From Selaginella moellendorffii (taxonomy: Eukaryota; Plantae; Lycopodiophyta): DNA of 64,000 nucleotides. The DNA lies in contig NW_003314313.1 of the NCBI RefSeq assembly GCF_000143415.4, positions 647,430 to 711,429 of the forward strand. Reading direction: 5' to 3'. Under the pieces are notes generated by a model. It saw nothing but the letters and a program-made list of their open reading frames with translations, was not told the origin of the DNA and did not search any database. This document shows, in pieces, positions 13,042 to 26,732 of the stretch. Position numbers and translations under genes: made by a program. How positions within the stretch are numbered: the first letter of the stretch is position 1; each line of letters opens with the position of its first letter.

Positions 13042-13783
13042 ATGTCGAAAGACAGTGTGAAGCTCTTGAACTTCTGGCCGAGTATGTTTGGCTTGAGAGT
13101 CCACTATGCGCTGGATCTGAAAGGGGTGTCCTACGATTACCAGGAGGAGAGGTTGTTGCCCAACAAGAGCAAGGAGCTTCTCGAGGCAAATCCAATCTAC
13201 GCTAAGATTCCGGTTCTCATCCACAACGGCAAGCCTATCTGTGAGTCTCTCATCATCGTCGACTACATCGACAGTGTGTGGCCCAGTCCTCACAAGCTCC
13301 TCCCGGAAGATCCATACGAAAAGGCTGTGGCTCGCTTCTGGGCAGACTTTGGTGACAAAAAGGTAAACTTGTTGCTTCTTCCGGGTTGATCAAAACCAGA
13401 TTTTTCCTTACCAACAGCTCTTTGACGCCGGGAGCCGACTCATACGAGCTATGGGGGAGGAGCACAAGAAAGCCGGGGAGGACTTCAAGTGGGCTCTGAT
13501 GAAAATCGATGAAGCTCTCGGCACCATCGCTCCAGGCAAGCCTTTCTTTGGTGGCGACGCTATGAACTTTGCAGATGTTGCTCTGGCTCCATTCATCTGC
13601 TGCTTCAAAGCCTACCAGAAAGTGGGAGGATTCGTGCTTCCAGGCCCGGAAGAATGGCCCAATCTCTACAAGTGGGTGGACGCTGTAAATTCCGTGGATG
13701 CGATCAAGATATCCACTCCAAGTCCAGACAAGGTTGCTGAATTCGCTGAGGTTATCAGGCAGCGAGTTATCGGGACTGCCTAA
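13042..13783 (+). CDS. GSTU: Tau-class glutathione S-transferase (copy 1), exons 13042-13362 and 13418-13783, 228 aa
   Basis: WPSMFGLRV with catalytic Ser, [29 protein letters not shown]; single 55-bp GT-AG intron at the typical tau position; open frame. Confidence 0.93.
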
Positions 13784-16348
13784 AACACGGACGGTTTTCA
13801 AGATAGATGCTGTTTTCGATTCAGCATCTCGATGAGTAACCAATCAAAAGTACTTCAAATAAACAACGTCTCTGTATAGAACTCCTTATGTTAGTGAATT
13901 CTAAAGCCTCATTGATAAACTAAATAAGATTTCTAGAAATCCAGATGGTCCTTCGGGGTTCTTGCTTTAGAACTCTGTGTTGTGTGTGTGTGTGTGTTAC
14001 GATTAGCCTTTTTATTAAAATTTTATCCTTTAAATTCTCCTTATATGTTTATGGAAGCTTCTGTTTAGAAATATGTTTTACAAATTTACATATAACAACT
14101 ATAAACTAAAAGTATAGAAATAGTAATGAGAAGCTAACACTTTGTTACTATATGATTATACAAACCTTCTCCAGAAATCTTTTATTCATTGCTGAATGTT
14201 CTTTTAAAGATTAATTCTTGCCTAAATTATAAGATTTCATTATTTTGTATTTTTTTGTCAATATAAACTTTTTATTACCTCAAATGTGCGTACATCTATA
14301 TATGGCAAAGCCTTTTGTGTATAACAAATACTTACCCCATTACTATTGTTTTCATATTTATTAGTTTAAACTTTTACTACCTAATAATCCTAGTTTTATA
14401 TATTTACCAAACTAGCTTAAGTCATTTTTATAAAGATATATATTAAAGATAAATGTTATAATTTTTTTATTTTCTTATATAAAGATTATTTTATTTTATA
14501 AAGCTTAAGAAAACATCACTTTTGACGAGCTCTACCTCTGAAATGAATATTTTTTATGGTGTATTTATTTTAATTAATATTTAACTTTATTATTACTTTT
14601 TTAAATTAAGTGTGTTGAGAATTATTATTTTTTAAAAATACTTCTCAAGCTTTAATCTTTGTAATAACTACACTTTCACCATCTAATGCTTCTTACTCTA
14701 TATTTCATACTCCAAATTTATATTCCATGTTTCTACCATTTAATCTCATTTCAAGTTTTTCTATGTTTTGTCAAATATATTTGGAGGAAATAAAAATATT
14801 TTAAAAATAAAAACATCATTCAATTATATACATAAAAGAGGCTAATAATTCAATTGTTAGGTTTCTAAATTAGCTTGGAGTTTATATTTACACTAAAATA
14901 CTTAATTTACACATAATTTAACTTTGTGTAAACCATATAGAAATTAAATACCTTTAAATTTAAGGGTAACATATATTTGGTAGGTTTGAAGTAACTTGAA
15001 GTAGTGTTTAATTTTGATTATTGCCTTCAATAAATATTTAGATCAAAAAATCTTTAAAAGTTTTTTTTTATCTAATAGTATCACCTTGCTATTACTTTTT
15101 CAAAATAGAGAGAGCAAAAAAAATATGTTAAAGCAAGAATATTACTATAAAGATATATCTCATTATTGTAAGTGTTATATTATAATTCATTGCTTTTGAG
15201 AGGATTTTATCCACTACAACATGATTTACAATAATAATTATACATTTTATCTTTTGATTCAATTATTACCAAATTTTTTTACATATATGAAGACAATGGA
15301 AGAAAAATCAATAGTTTTCAACTCAAATTTTTATTATTACTTCTGCTCAAAGTTCTTGAAACAATATATAAATTGATTGTAGGTCTTTGAAGTGTTAAAC
15401 TCTTGAATATCCCTTCATAGAGAAATAAAAACCCTTGAGAAGATTATATAAAAATAAAGAGTAAAATGTATGTTAATTATAAAAAAAATCTTAAAAAGAA
15501 CAATAGAAGCACATTTTTTAACAAAACTAGAAAGTGACAGAAAAAAAAATACATCAAACTTTGAAAAGTTTTATTTACTTAATGGATTATGCTATTATCA
15601 TTATGGCATCACCTGACACATTATTTATCTCATAGTTCTGAGTTGTAGATCTCTTTCTTTTCTCTATAGTCTACTAGTAGATTCCTCAAAAAACATCTTA
15701 AAGATAGTATGATTAAAAATATCAAAGAGTGAGAAAGAACAAGAGAAAAGATTGATAAAACAAAGATAGAAAGGGAAATATATGCTTTAGTAATTTTTAT
15801 CATTTTGGTTACTCTATTGTAAAATAAATATTCTAGAAATATTATATTACTGTGAAATTTAAACCTTCAATTCTGGTTAATACTAGCCAGCACTCTTTCT
15901 TCAGAATTCTAGCTTGTTAAAGTCTTTTGATGTCAGCAAAATGATGATTTGCTGAAGCCTGGTAATCACATTCTACTATGGCGGGGGGAGTTTATGCTTA
16001 TCCAATGCTCTATCACTCCATTGCTATTTTTCTCCATCGTCATATATATTGCTCCCTGTCACCATTTTGCTCCATTGGTCCATCACTCCATCACCATTGA
16101 CGTATTGTGGTGAGCAAATTAGAACTTTTCTGATCTTTTGGCACGCACGCTGAAATCGTGGCCTGCTTCTATATGGCATCACTTAATTGGCAGAATTCGT
16201 TTCGGATGGAAAATTTTCTATTTTAACCGGACAAGATATCTCTAGAGCCTTCTAATGTGCTCAACGAATATCCACTGCCTCGCTGATATATACTTCGAGA
16301 GAGATGGTACGCTGTGTCTTGTGTTTTCAGAGTTTCTCTTTGGAGTAG

Positions 16349-17097
<749 letters not shown>

Positions 17098-17398
17098 AAG
17101 TAAGATGTGCCAAACTCGAAATCTTGATGTATATATGTAGATACTACTTTGAATAAAGAAGAACCGATGTATATAACCTAATATCCATTTGTCGCAAAGC
17201 TTGATAAAAGTTTGAATCTCAACATTGAATATTGACAATTTATTCTAATTTATAATTTAGATTCTCATCGAGATTGATACCTTAAACCTTTTAATATTAA
17301 AATGAAAAAGTTTATTATTTTAGCCCTAAATAGTTAAGCAAGTATTATTGACAAATATTAAATTAGTCGTAAGGTAGTTAAGACTTCTTAACAATTAA

Positions 17399-17446
17399 TA
17401 TCAGAGGGGTTATGGGCCCACCATGCTTCCGCTGTGCCATTCTGAT
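17399..17446 (-). pseudogene. Initiator tRNA-Met pseudogene lacking the variable loop and T arm
   Basis: Copy of 40900-40971 with a 24-bp deletion between GGG microhomologies. Confidence 0.85.
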
Positions 17447-17680
17447 ATTTTGAAAGTGATCAATTTTTACTTTAATTTGCCCAAGAACTTGCCATTTTTA
17501 TTGTACAGTTGTGATCCAAAACCCATAAAAACGAGTTAGATGTGTGTGGTACAACACTCCTCTCTCAAATTCATCACCTGGAACCGTCTCCACAACAGAA
17601 ATTGTCAGCCTCTTTGATTTATACCTGAATGATCTGTGCTCTTTTTTTCTTTCTTTCCTCTCAAGTTGACAACCTTCGAG

Positions 17681-18286
17681 TTAATATACCGACCGTGACT
17701 GCAACTCTGCTGCCCTGTAGTGCTGCTGCTCTTGATGGACGCCTCTCGCTGACTTTGGTGGGCGATTTGTGGCGGGAGTGGTACTTGCCGCTCGCCGGTC
17801 CTGCGTGTGTAGTACAAGGAAAAGAAACCATCTTAGCTGCACCGCCAGTGACACAAGAATTGCAAGCACTTACGTCGCGATACGGGTACTCGTCCGCCTC
17901 GAGCATGTGAACGACGTGCCCCATCTTGGGCCGCTTCGACGAGTCCGGATCCACACACTGCAGCGCCACCAGCAACGCCTGCTTGAGCGCTCGCGACGCT
18001 GGTTTGGGCTCCAAGTTTGGGTCCGCTACTTCTTCCGAGCGCCTTTGCCCGACCATGAGCTTCAGCCAGTGAAGGAGGCCGGCTATAGTCCACGGGATCT
18101 CTTCCGGTGACGACCAGACCGAAACTATACACGTCGCTTCGCTCGTTAAGCAATCCTGTGTTTGCATATTCTGGAGCGACATATCTGCAAAGATCAGAGT
18201 CACGCGCCATTCGTGAGACTGTCGAGAAGAAATGCTTACATACTAAGTTATTTACCCGAACGTGCCCATGACTCTTGTAGTTACGT
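17681..18286 (-). pseudogene. Duplicated 3' fragment of the RLCK-V kinase gene
   Basis: Near-identical to 41207-41906. Starts inside exon 4 ([10 protein letters not shown]), has a small deletion in exon 5 and an imprecise deletion joining exons 5 and 6. Confidence 0.9.
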
Positions 18287-18551
18287 GTGTAATTACCTCA
18301 AACATAATCTTGACTCGAGGATTGTCGCGAGACTGTCGGAAGGTAAGGTATGGTTTTTATTTTTTATGGAGGTCGCGACAAGTTTTCTGACTTTTTGTGG
18401 CAGGGACGCTGGAGTCGTGGGCTGCTAACTATTTACCCGTACAAAAGCCTCTAACTTAGAAACTTCTAAGGTGCCTTGACGAACATCCACCGGCTCGCTG
18501 GTACGTTGTGCCTTGTATTTTCTGGGTTTCTCTTTTGTGCAAGTAGCAGCC

Positions 18552-19283
18552 AGGTCGAAAGACAGTGTGAAGCTCTTGAACTTCTGGCCGAGTGTGTTTG
18601 GCTTGAGAGTCCACTATGCGCTGGATCTGAAAGGGGTGTCCTACGATTACCAGGAGGAGAGTTTACCCAACAAGAGCAAGGAGCTTCTCGAGGCAAATCC
18701 AATCTACACGAAGATTCCGGTTCTCATCCACAACGGCAAGCCTATCTGCGAGTCTCTTGTCATCGTCGACTACATTGACAATGTGTGGCCCGGTTCTCAC
18801 AAGCTCCTCCCGGAAGATCCATACTAAAAGGCTCGCTTCTGGGCAGACTTTGGTGACAGAAAGGTAAACTTGTTGCTTCTTCCGGGTTGATCAATACCAG
18901 ATTTTTCCTTACCAACAGCTCTATGACGCCGGGAGCCGACTCATACGAGCTATGGGGGAGGAGCACAAGAAAGCCAGCAAGGACTTCAAGTGGGCTCTGA
19001 TGAAAATCGATGAAGCTCTCGGCACCATCGCTCCAGGCAAGCCTTACTTTGGCGGTGAGCTATGAACTTCGCAGATGTTGCTCTGGCTCCATTCATCTGC
19101 TGTTTCAAAGCCTACCAGAAAGTGGTAGGATTCGTGCTTCCAGGCCCGGAAGAATGGCCCAATCTCTACAAGTGGGTGGACGCTGTAAATTCCGTGGACG
19201 CGATCAAGACATCCACTCCAAGCCCAGACAAGGTTGCTGAATTTGTTGAGCGTTACAGGAAGCATGCTACTGGGGCTGCCTAA
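18552..19283 (+). pseudogene. GSTU pseudogene (copy 3, close to copy 1)
   Basis: Start codon ATG>AGG, GAA>TAA at 18825, a 6-bp deletion, and a 1-bp frameshift in exon 2 near 19058. Confidence 0.9.
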
Positions 19284-21371
19284 AACATGGACGGTTTTCA
19301 AGATAGATGCTGTTATCGATTCATCATCTCGATGAGTAAACAATAAAATGTACTTCAAACAAAGAACGTCTCTGACATTTTCTAGATAATCCAGATGGTC
19401 CTTCGGGGTTCTTGCTCCAGAAATTTTATCGAACGGCGATTTTTACAGCCTTCTACCACATCAACAGTTGCATTGTTAATCTCGTGTTACGATTAGTCTT
19501 TTTATTAAAATCTTATCTTTTAAATTCTCCTTTCATGTTTATGGAAGCTTATGTTTTACAAATTTACATAAAACAACTATAAACTAAAAGTATAGAAATA
19601 GTAATGAGAAGCTAAAACATTGTTACTATATGATTAAACAAATAATCTCAAGAATTTTTTTATTCATTGCTGAATGTTATTTTAAAGATTAATTCTTGCC
19701 TAAATTATAACATTTCATAATTAAGAAACTTTATATATTTCTTTGTCAATATAAACTTTTTATTACCTCAAATGTGCATACATATATATATGGTAAAGCC
19801 TTTTGTAATACTTACCCCAATTGCTATTGTTTTCATATTTATTAGTTTAAAATTTTATTGCCTAATAATCCTAGCTTTATATATTTAATAAATTAGCTCA
19901 ATTCAAATTCATTTTCTATAAAGATATATATTAAAGATAGATGTTTAAATTTGTTTTTATTGTATAAAGATTACTTTAATTTCATATAGGTTAAGAAAAC
20001 AATAAGAATTGCCACTTTTGAGGAGCTCTACCTCTGTGTTTATGGTTTAGTTATTTTAATTAATATTTAAAATTTATATTAGTTTATCAAATTAAGTATA
20101 TTGAGAGTTATTATTTTCCTCAAACTTTAAGATTTGTAACAATTACAATTTCACCATTTTATGTTAAATACTCCAAGATTTATATTTTACATTTCTGCCA
20201 TTTAATCTCATTTCAATTTTTTTATGCTTTGCTGAAGTATATTTGGAGGAAATTATAAAAATGGGAAAAAGGGCATCATTCAGATATATACACAAAAGAT
20301 GCTAATTATTCCATTTTTAAATTTCTAAATTAGCTTGGAGTTTATATTTACACAACTTACATATAACCTTTAACTTTATGTAAACTAGAAAGAAATTTAT
20401 ATTTAAGGGAAATTTATTTTTTGTGGTAGTTGGGTTTGAAATAACTTGAAGTAGTGCTTAATTTTGATTTACTACCCATAATAAATATTTAGATCCAAAA
20501 ATCTTTAGAATTTTTTGTTATCTAAAAACATTATTTTGCCATTAATTTTTCAAACTAGAGAGAGTGAAAGAAAAACCTTGAAGAAAAAATATTACTATAA
20601 AATCCATATTCATTATTGTCAATATTATATTGTAGCTTATTGCTTTTGAGAGGATTTTATCTACTACAACATTATTTGTAATAGTAATTACATATTTTGG
20701 ATTTTGATTCAATTATAACTATAAACTTTTACCTATATGAAGACCATAAAAGAAAAATCAATGTTTTTCAGCTCAAGTTTTTATTATTACTTCCACTCAA
20801 AGGTTTTGAAGTAATTTGTAAATTGATTATGGGGCTTTGAAGGTGTTAAACTCTTAAGTATCCCTTCATATAGAGATAAAAAATCTTGAGAAGATTATAT
20901 AAAATAAATAGTTAATTATGAAAAATTGGAATTTTTCTTGAAAAGAACAATAGAAGCACGTTTTTGAACAAAATTAGAAAGTGAAAGAAAAAAAAGACAT
21001 CAAGCTTTAAAAAGTTTTATTTACTTAATAGATTATGCTATTATCATTGTAGCATCACCTGACACATTATTTATCTCACAGTTCTAAGTTGTAAAATAAA
21101 ATACTAGTTTTCTTTCTTTTCTTTACAAAATTGTTTGCCATATAGATATATGCATATTTGAAGTAACAAGAAGTATATATTGATAAAGAAATATGTAAAA
21201 TTCTAAATTATATAATGTTATAATTTAGGCAAGAATTACTCTTTAAAAGAACATTCAGCAATGAATAAAAGATTTCTCGAGAGTGTTAGCTTCTCATTAC
21301 TATTTCTATAGTTTTATTATGTAAATTTATAAAAACTATTTCTAAACTAAATAGAAGAATCCTAGACTTAG

Positions 21372-21477
<106 letters not shown>

Positions 21478-21672
21478 ACAATACAATGGTAGATGGTAGT
21501 AAAAAATTGCCATTCCACAAAATTTCTGGAGCAAGAACCTCGAAGGACCATCTGGATTATTTAGAAAATGTCAGAGATGTTCTTTATTTGAAGTACTTTT
21601 TATTGTTTACTCATCAAGATGATGAATCGATAACAGCATCTATCTTGAAAACTGCCCATGTTTTAGGCAGCC

Positions 21673-24070
21673 CATAGTTGCAGCTAGACGTGCAAACATT
21701 CCAACATGTCGACATTTAAATGCCGTTTAAAACATTTTTTAAGAAAACACTAATATTTACTAAAGACACTTTAATCTGATATTAAGTTTATAAAACCTAA
21801 CCGAATAATATACTAAAACAAATGAAAGAAGAAGCCATTTTAGTTATCTTCCGATTCCGAATCATCTTCCATTCCTTCATCGATGCTAAACTCCTCAATA
21901 GCTTGATTTGGTTGCTCAAAAGCTTCTTGCAGATCCAAAATCCTCTTCCAATGAGGCTCCAACTCCAGCTTGCCTATATCAATCTCTAGCATCCTCAAAC
22001 CTTCACTCTCCAACTTCTGAGCAACCCACAAGTTTGTGTGAATGTAAACTAGCTTCTTAGCATTTTTGGGAAGCAAGTGGGACCTGCACTTTGTTTGTAT
22101 CAAGCTCCATGAGCTCCAATTCCTCTCGCATGGAGAAGTGCAAACAACCTGGCTTAAAATTCGGAGAGCCATGCGATGTAGATCAAGCATCTCTAAACCA
22201 AAAGAACTCCACCAGGTTACTGGGAACTTTCTGGTCTCCCAATCTTTGGCAACAGGTAACCTCATTTGCTGTCCAAGCTGTTGCCAAAACCTCTAAACTG
22301 TGCCTACAATCTCAGCTGCAAGTCCAGATCACCTCTGCTATAAACATGCATGTACTCCAGCCAGTTCCCGCGTGCCTCATTATCCAGCTTGTCATTCTTC
22401 GGGTTATCCCCCAAAAACAGAGGATGAAGAGCAAAAGCAGCTTCATGAATGACATTGTGCATTTGATACCACCTTGCCTCCTTCAGACCATGTGATTCAA
22501 GTAGGAAATCCTTGATTTGTCCCACTTCCTCATGTGCATAAATTCTGTTTTGAGCTCCCTCATCCATCTTCTCGATCAGCCAATCAATAGCTTCAAAGAT
22601 GAGGCCTGAAGTCACCCCCTCCCGATCAGCGAGCCGAAGAACTCGAAGTAAAGGTTCGAGCAAAATTAACAAATTCTCGCACCACTCCTAGAACAAGTCA
22701 TCAAGAACACGAGATTGCAGCTCTAGGCCCTCTGGCTTCTTAGACCAGTCAAGTCGCTCCCATTCTTGGCTCACCACCATTCTTCAAAGCCCGGAGAGAT
22801 TCGTGGTCTCCAGAAGCTGAGACATCACGAGAAAAATATAAGCAAACCTCGTGGTCATAGGCTTTATCAGGTCCCATTTGCAGAAAGTTCTATAAAGAGC
22901 TAGAACCCGTGTCTTTGAGGTGATGAAGGTAACTGTCTTCACACAGCCATCAACAAAAGGCTGCACCCAAGATAGAGCTCCAATATCTTCGAACAGCAAG
23001 TCTATAACGTGGCAAACGCAGCAAACATGTACAATTTGTGGAAACTCCTGCTGCAAAAGCTCCTCCATGACCACGCAGTTGCTTGCATTGTCCGTCACCA
23101 CTTGCACAACATTTTCCATGCCAACCTCGACAATCACTTATTTCAACTGCTCAAACAACCATGCTCCGGTTTTCTTGGGCTGTCCACAGCCTTCAGGAAA
23201 ATTGAGCCTCTCATAGAACTGACCATGAAGTTGATAAGAGACCGCTTTTTGATATTAGACCAGCCATCCGTGACAATGGTACAACCATATGTCCTCCAAC
23301 TTAGCTGTACATCTTCAAGCCACTTCTGAACGTTATTGTAGATTTGATGTAGCTCAGTTGTCCGCAACTTCTCATATCCCATGAGGTTGTCAATCACTAA
23401 ATGCCCCACTTTTGCAGCAACTTTCAACATTCTCTTCAAGTTATCTCTTCAGATTGTGTTGAAGGAGATGTCCTCGGCAAAGAAGAACTCTGCAACAGCA
23501 TCATCTAGTGCCTCAGCCGAAGCAGTATCAAAAAATATCACCAAATTTCCATCTGAGGATCTGCATTTTGCTGCTCTGCTTGTCCCAGCACTGGACCAGT
23601 TCTCCATGCTTGCCACCATAGATTCTGCTGGCCCCCCTGAACCCTGTGAGGCTTGCTGCAGCAGATGCCCATCATCGGCATCTGCTGGGTCTGCTAGCTC
23701 GAAATCGGAAAAACTGCTGCGAGCTTTTTTAAGAACCTCATAAGGGATCTCCCTCATTTCCTTTCACGTTTTCACACCTCTTGCCTGAACTCTAGCAAGA
23801 TGTACTTGCACTCGGTCCACTCCCCTAGTGTGAATCTCATGACAATACTTACATGTCCAATGCCGCTCTGCTCGTATGACATGCTTCCAGCTCCAGCATT
23901 CGCGGCATCCTCCAATTCCTGTCATGACCACAGGAACCCTGAAGAAACCCTAAAGAAACCTTTGTCTCTTTTCGCAAATAGTGCAAACCCATTGGGAGTT
24001 TAGAATGGCGTTTTTGAACGCGTTTAAAACATTACGTTTTTTAAGTTTCACACGTTTTCCAGCAACTATG
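21673..24070 (-). mobile_element. hAT-superfamily DNA transposon (2398 bp)
   Basis: Perfect 8-bp TSD AGGCAGCC (21665-21672, 24071-24078). TIR CATAGTTGC perfect for 9 bp and 16/20 over 20 bp. Confidence 0.95.
21840..23925 (-). pseudogene. hAT transposase, disrupted
   Basis: BED finger remnant (WKHV..WTCKYC..RVQVHL), DUF659-like TDGWSN and VVTDNASN, C-terminal dimerisation region WWSSFG..LSQVVCTSPCERNWS; several stops and frameshifts. Confidence 0.88.
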
Positions 24071-25163
24071 AGGCAGCCCCAGTAGCATGCTTTCTGTAAT
24101 GCTCAACAAATTCAGCAACCTTATCATCGCTTGGAGTGGATATCTTGATTGCATCCATGGAATTTACAGCATCCACCCACTTGTAGAGATTGGGCCATTC
24201 TTATGGGCTTGGAAGCACGAATCCTCCCACTTTCTGGTAGCCTTTGAACCAGCAGATGAATGGAGCCAGAGCAACATCTGCAAAGTTCATAGTGTCACCG
24301 CCAAAGAAAGGCTTGCCTGGAGCGATGGTGTCGAGAGCTTCATTGATTTTCATTAGAGCCCACTTGAAGTCCTCATTGGCTTTCTTGTGCTCCTCCCCCA
24401 TAGCTCGTATGAGTCAGCTCCCGGCATCATAGAGCTGTTGGTAAGGAAAAATCTGGTATTGATCAACCCAAAAGAAGCAACAAGTTTACCTTTTTGTCAC
24501 CAAAGTCTGCCCAAAAGCGAGCCACAGTCTTTTCATATGGATCTTCTGGGGAGCTTGTGAGAACCAGGCCACACACTGTCAATGTGATGAGAGACTCACA
24601 GATAGGCTTGCTATTGTGGATGAGAACCGGAATCTTCATATAGATTGGATTTGCCTCGAGAAGCTCCTTGCTCTTGTTGGGCAAACTCTCCTCCTGGTAA
24701 TTGTAGAACACCCCTTTCAAATCCAGCGCATAGTGGACTCTCAAGCCAAATGTACTTGGCCAGAAGTTCAAGAGCTTCACACTGTCTTTCAACATGGCTG
24801 CTACTCGCACAAAGGAGAATCTCAGAAAATACAAGGCACAACATACCAGCGAGCTGGTGGATGTTTATTAAGGCACCTTAGAAGTTTCTAAGTTAGAGGC
24901 TTTTGTACAGGTAAATAGTTAGCAGCCCCTGACTCCAGTGTGCCTGCCACTAAAAGTTAGAAATCTTGTTGTGACGTCTATGAAAATTAAAAACCATATC
25001 TTACCTTCTTACAGTATTGCAACAATCCTTAAGTCAAGATTATATTTGAGGTAATTACACATGTAATTATAAGAGTCATGAGCACGTTTAAGTAGAGGTG
25101 CATAATTACACATGTAACTACACCAAAGTTGGCACAGAGTTGCTAACTATGGTGCAGTGCTAA

Positions 25164-26732
25164 TGTGAGATAGAAATCCGTAAGTCCTAAAGTGGAGCCG
25201 AAAGAGTGCCACATGGTAGTGGCTAAAGTGAAAGCCAAATAAGCCTAACACATTCGGACTAAAAGCTTTGACTTGAAGAGCTGAGAATGAGAGTGAAACT
25301 CCCAATGGAGTGCTCAAGGAACGAGCATGAAGTAATAAAAGAATCTCTAGAAAAAGGACATAAGAGGATGAACACATGACACATGGTGGAGTCAAAGATG
25401 GACCTGAGATGGAGTCCAAGACCAAGATGGAGTCCGAGATGGATCCAAGATGGAGTCCAAGATGGAGTCCGAGATGGACCTAAGATGGAGTCTAAGATGG
25501 ACCCAAGATGGACCCGAGATGGAGTCCAAAGTCAAGGCCGAGACCGAGATTGAGACCGAGAATGAGACCGAGACCGAGACCAGGACCAAGACTGAGACTA
25601 AGACTGGGACCGAGACCGAGGCTGAGACCGAGACCAAGACTGAGACCGAGTTCAAGTCGGAGTCTAAGTCTGAGTCCGAGTCCAAGTCCAAGTCTGAGTT
25701 CGAGTTCGAGTCTGAGTTCGAGTCTAAGTCTGAGTCCAAGGGTGAAAGCCTAAAGCGCTCATCTCCCAAACCCTAGGGGGTTTAGTGAGCTCCAAAAGTA
25801 TAGTAGGGGGAAGACCCCAGTGGAGCCAATTTGGCCAGAAAAGGCCAATGTGACCAAGGAAGGCTATACCTACGTGTTAGGTGATGATAAAACCATTAAG
25901 GAGTCTAAAGTTAGAGTGAATACAGATAGACAAGCGGGGTAGTTTGGTGAAGTGTTTAAGAGCTAACTCTAGCTCCCTTAGGAGATCAAATGGTCGATAT
26001 TCCCAATCCAAGTGTGGGTGGCACTACCTACTTGGATACCGGGCGTGGCTCATCAGAACCTTGCTCTAAGCCCATGTCTAGAGCACCCAAAAGCGGAAGA
26101 TGGGAGAGTACCCATGAGGCTCGCATAGGGCCACGGTGTTCTAAAATGTTGTCCCAAAGTCTTAGACTATGGAAAAGAAGAGGAGCAGTCCTTTGGTGTA
26201 ATGACCAAAGATAAGTCATATAATGAGGATGTCCCAGAGGACAATGGGACTTAGTGTCGGGCTTATAGGCCTTGACCTAGTGGTAGTGGTTGAGAACTCA
26301 GCCATGGACGGAAAGGGACTTGGTGGGGACCAAAAAAAGGATATTGGGGAAGGTTATTCCCCATGTTTGTGAGCATCCTAAGGATGCTAAAGAGTGGATT
26401 TAGGATGATCATTCATGGATGGATGGCCTAGTCTTTGAGAGACAAGATTGGGATGTAGGTGGTGTTGGATCATTAATATGATAAAAGTGAATGCGCATGG
26501 CCTTAGCGTAACAGGCTAGTATGTCAGTGGTACATTTATGTGTCGGTCATGGGGTTGGACACATAGAGCACTTGGACCAAGTGTAATGGTTGAGTGGCAT
26601 GGATGCTATTCTCAGGGCTAGCAAGTCCCCAAGTCTAGAATAAGATTTGTGGGGGTTGTGAGTGAAACTCCTCCAAGTGGTTGGAGGTATGGTTAAGTGA
26701 TTAAAGTAGAATGGAAAATTTAATCACTTATA
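25164..26732 (+). repeat. Family-C solo LTR
   Basis: TGTGAGA...CTTATA ends; perfect TSD GCTAA (25159-25163, 26733-26737). Confidence 0.9.

Larger units (their letters stand above)
21663..24795 (-). pseudogene. GSTU pseudogene (copy 4), inverted, with hAT inserted at its stop codon
   Basis: ATG at 24795 (MLKDSVKLLNFWPSTF). Compensating 10-bp and 2-bp deletions in exon 1, premature TAA at 24201-24203. The 3' flank resumes left of the hAT. Confidence 0.9.

Noticed and set aside
15975-16115. CTCCAT-rich patch and a TGACGT upstream of GST2 as a MITE or as-1/ocs element
   Set aside because: No TIR or TSD found, and only one good TGACG half-site.
18030-18085. Intron loss in the kinase fragment as a sign of retroposition
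   Set aside because: The deletion removes flanking exon bases and the neighbouring introns are retained, so it is a DNA-level deletion.
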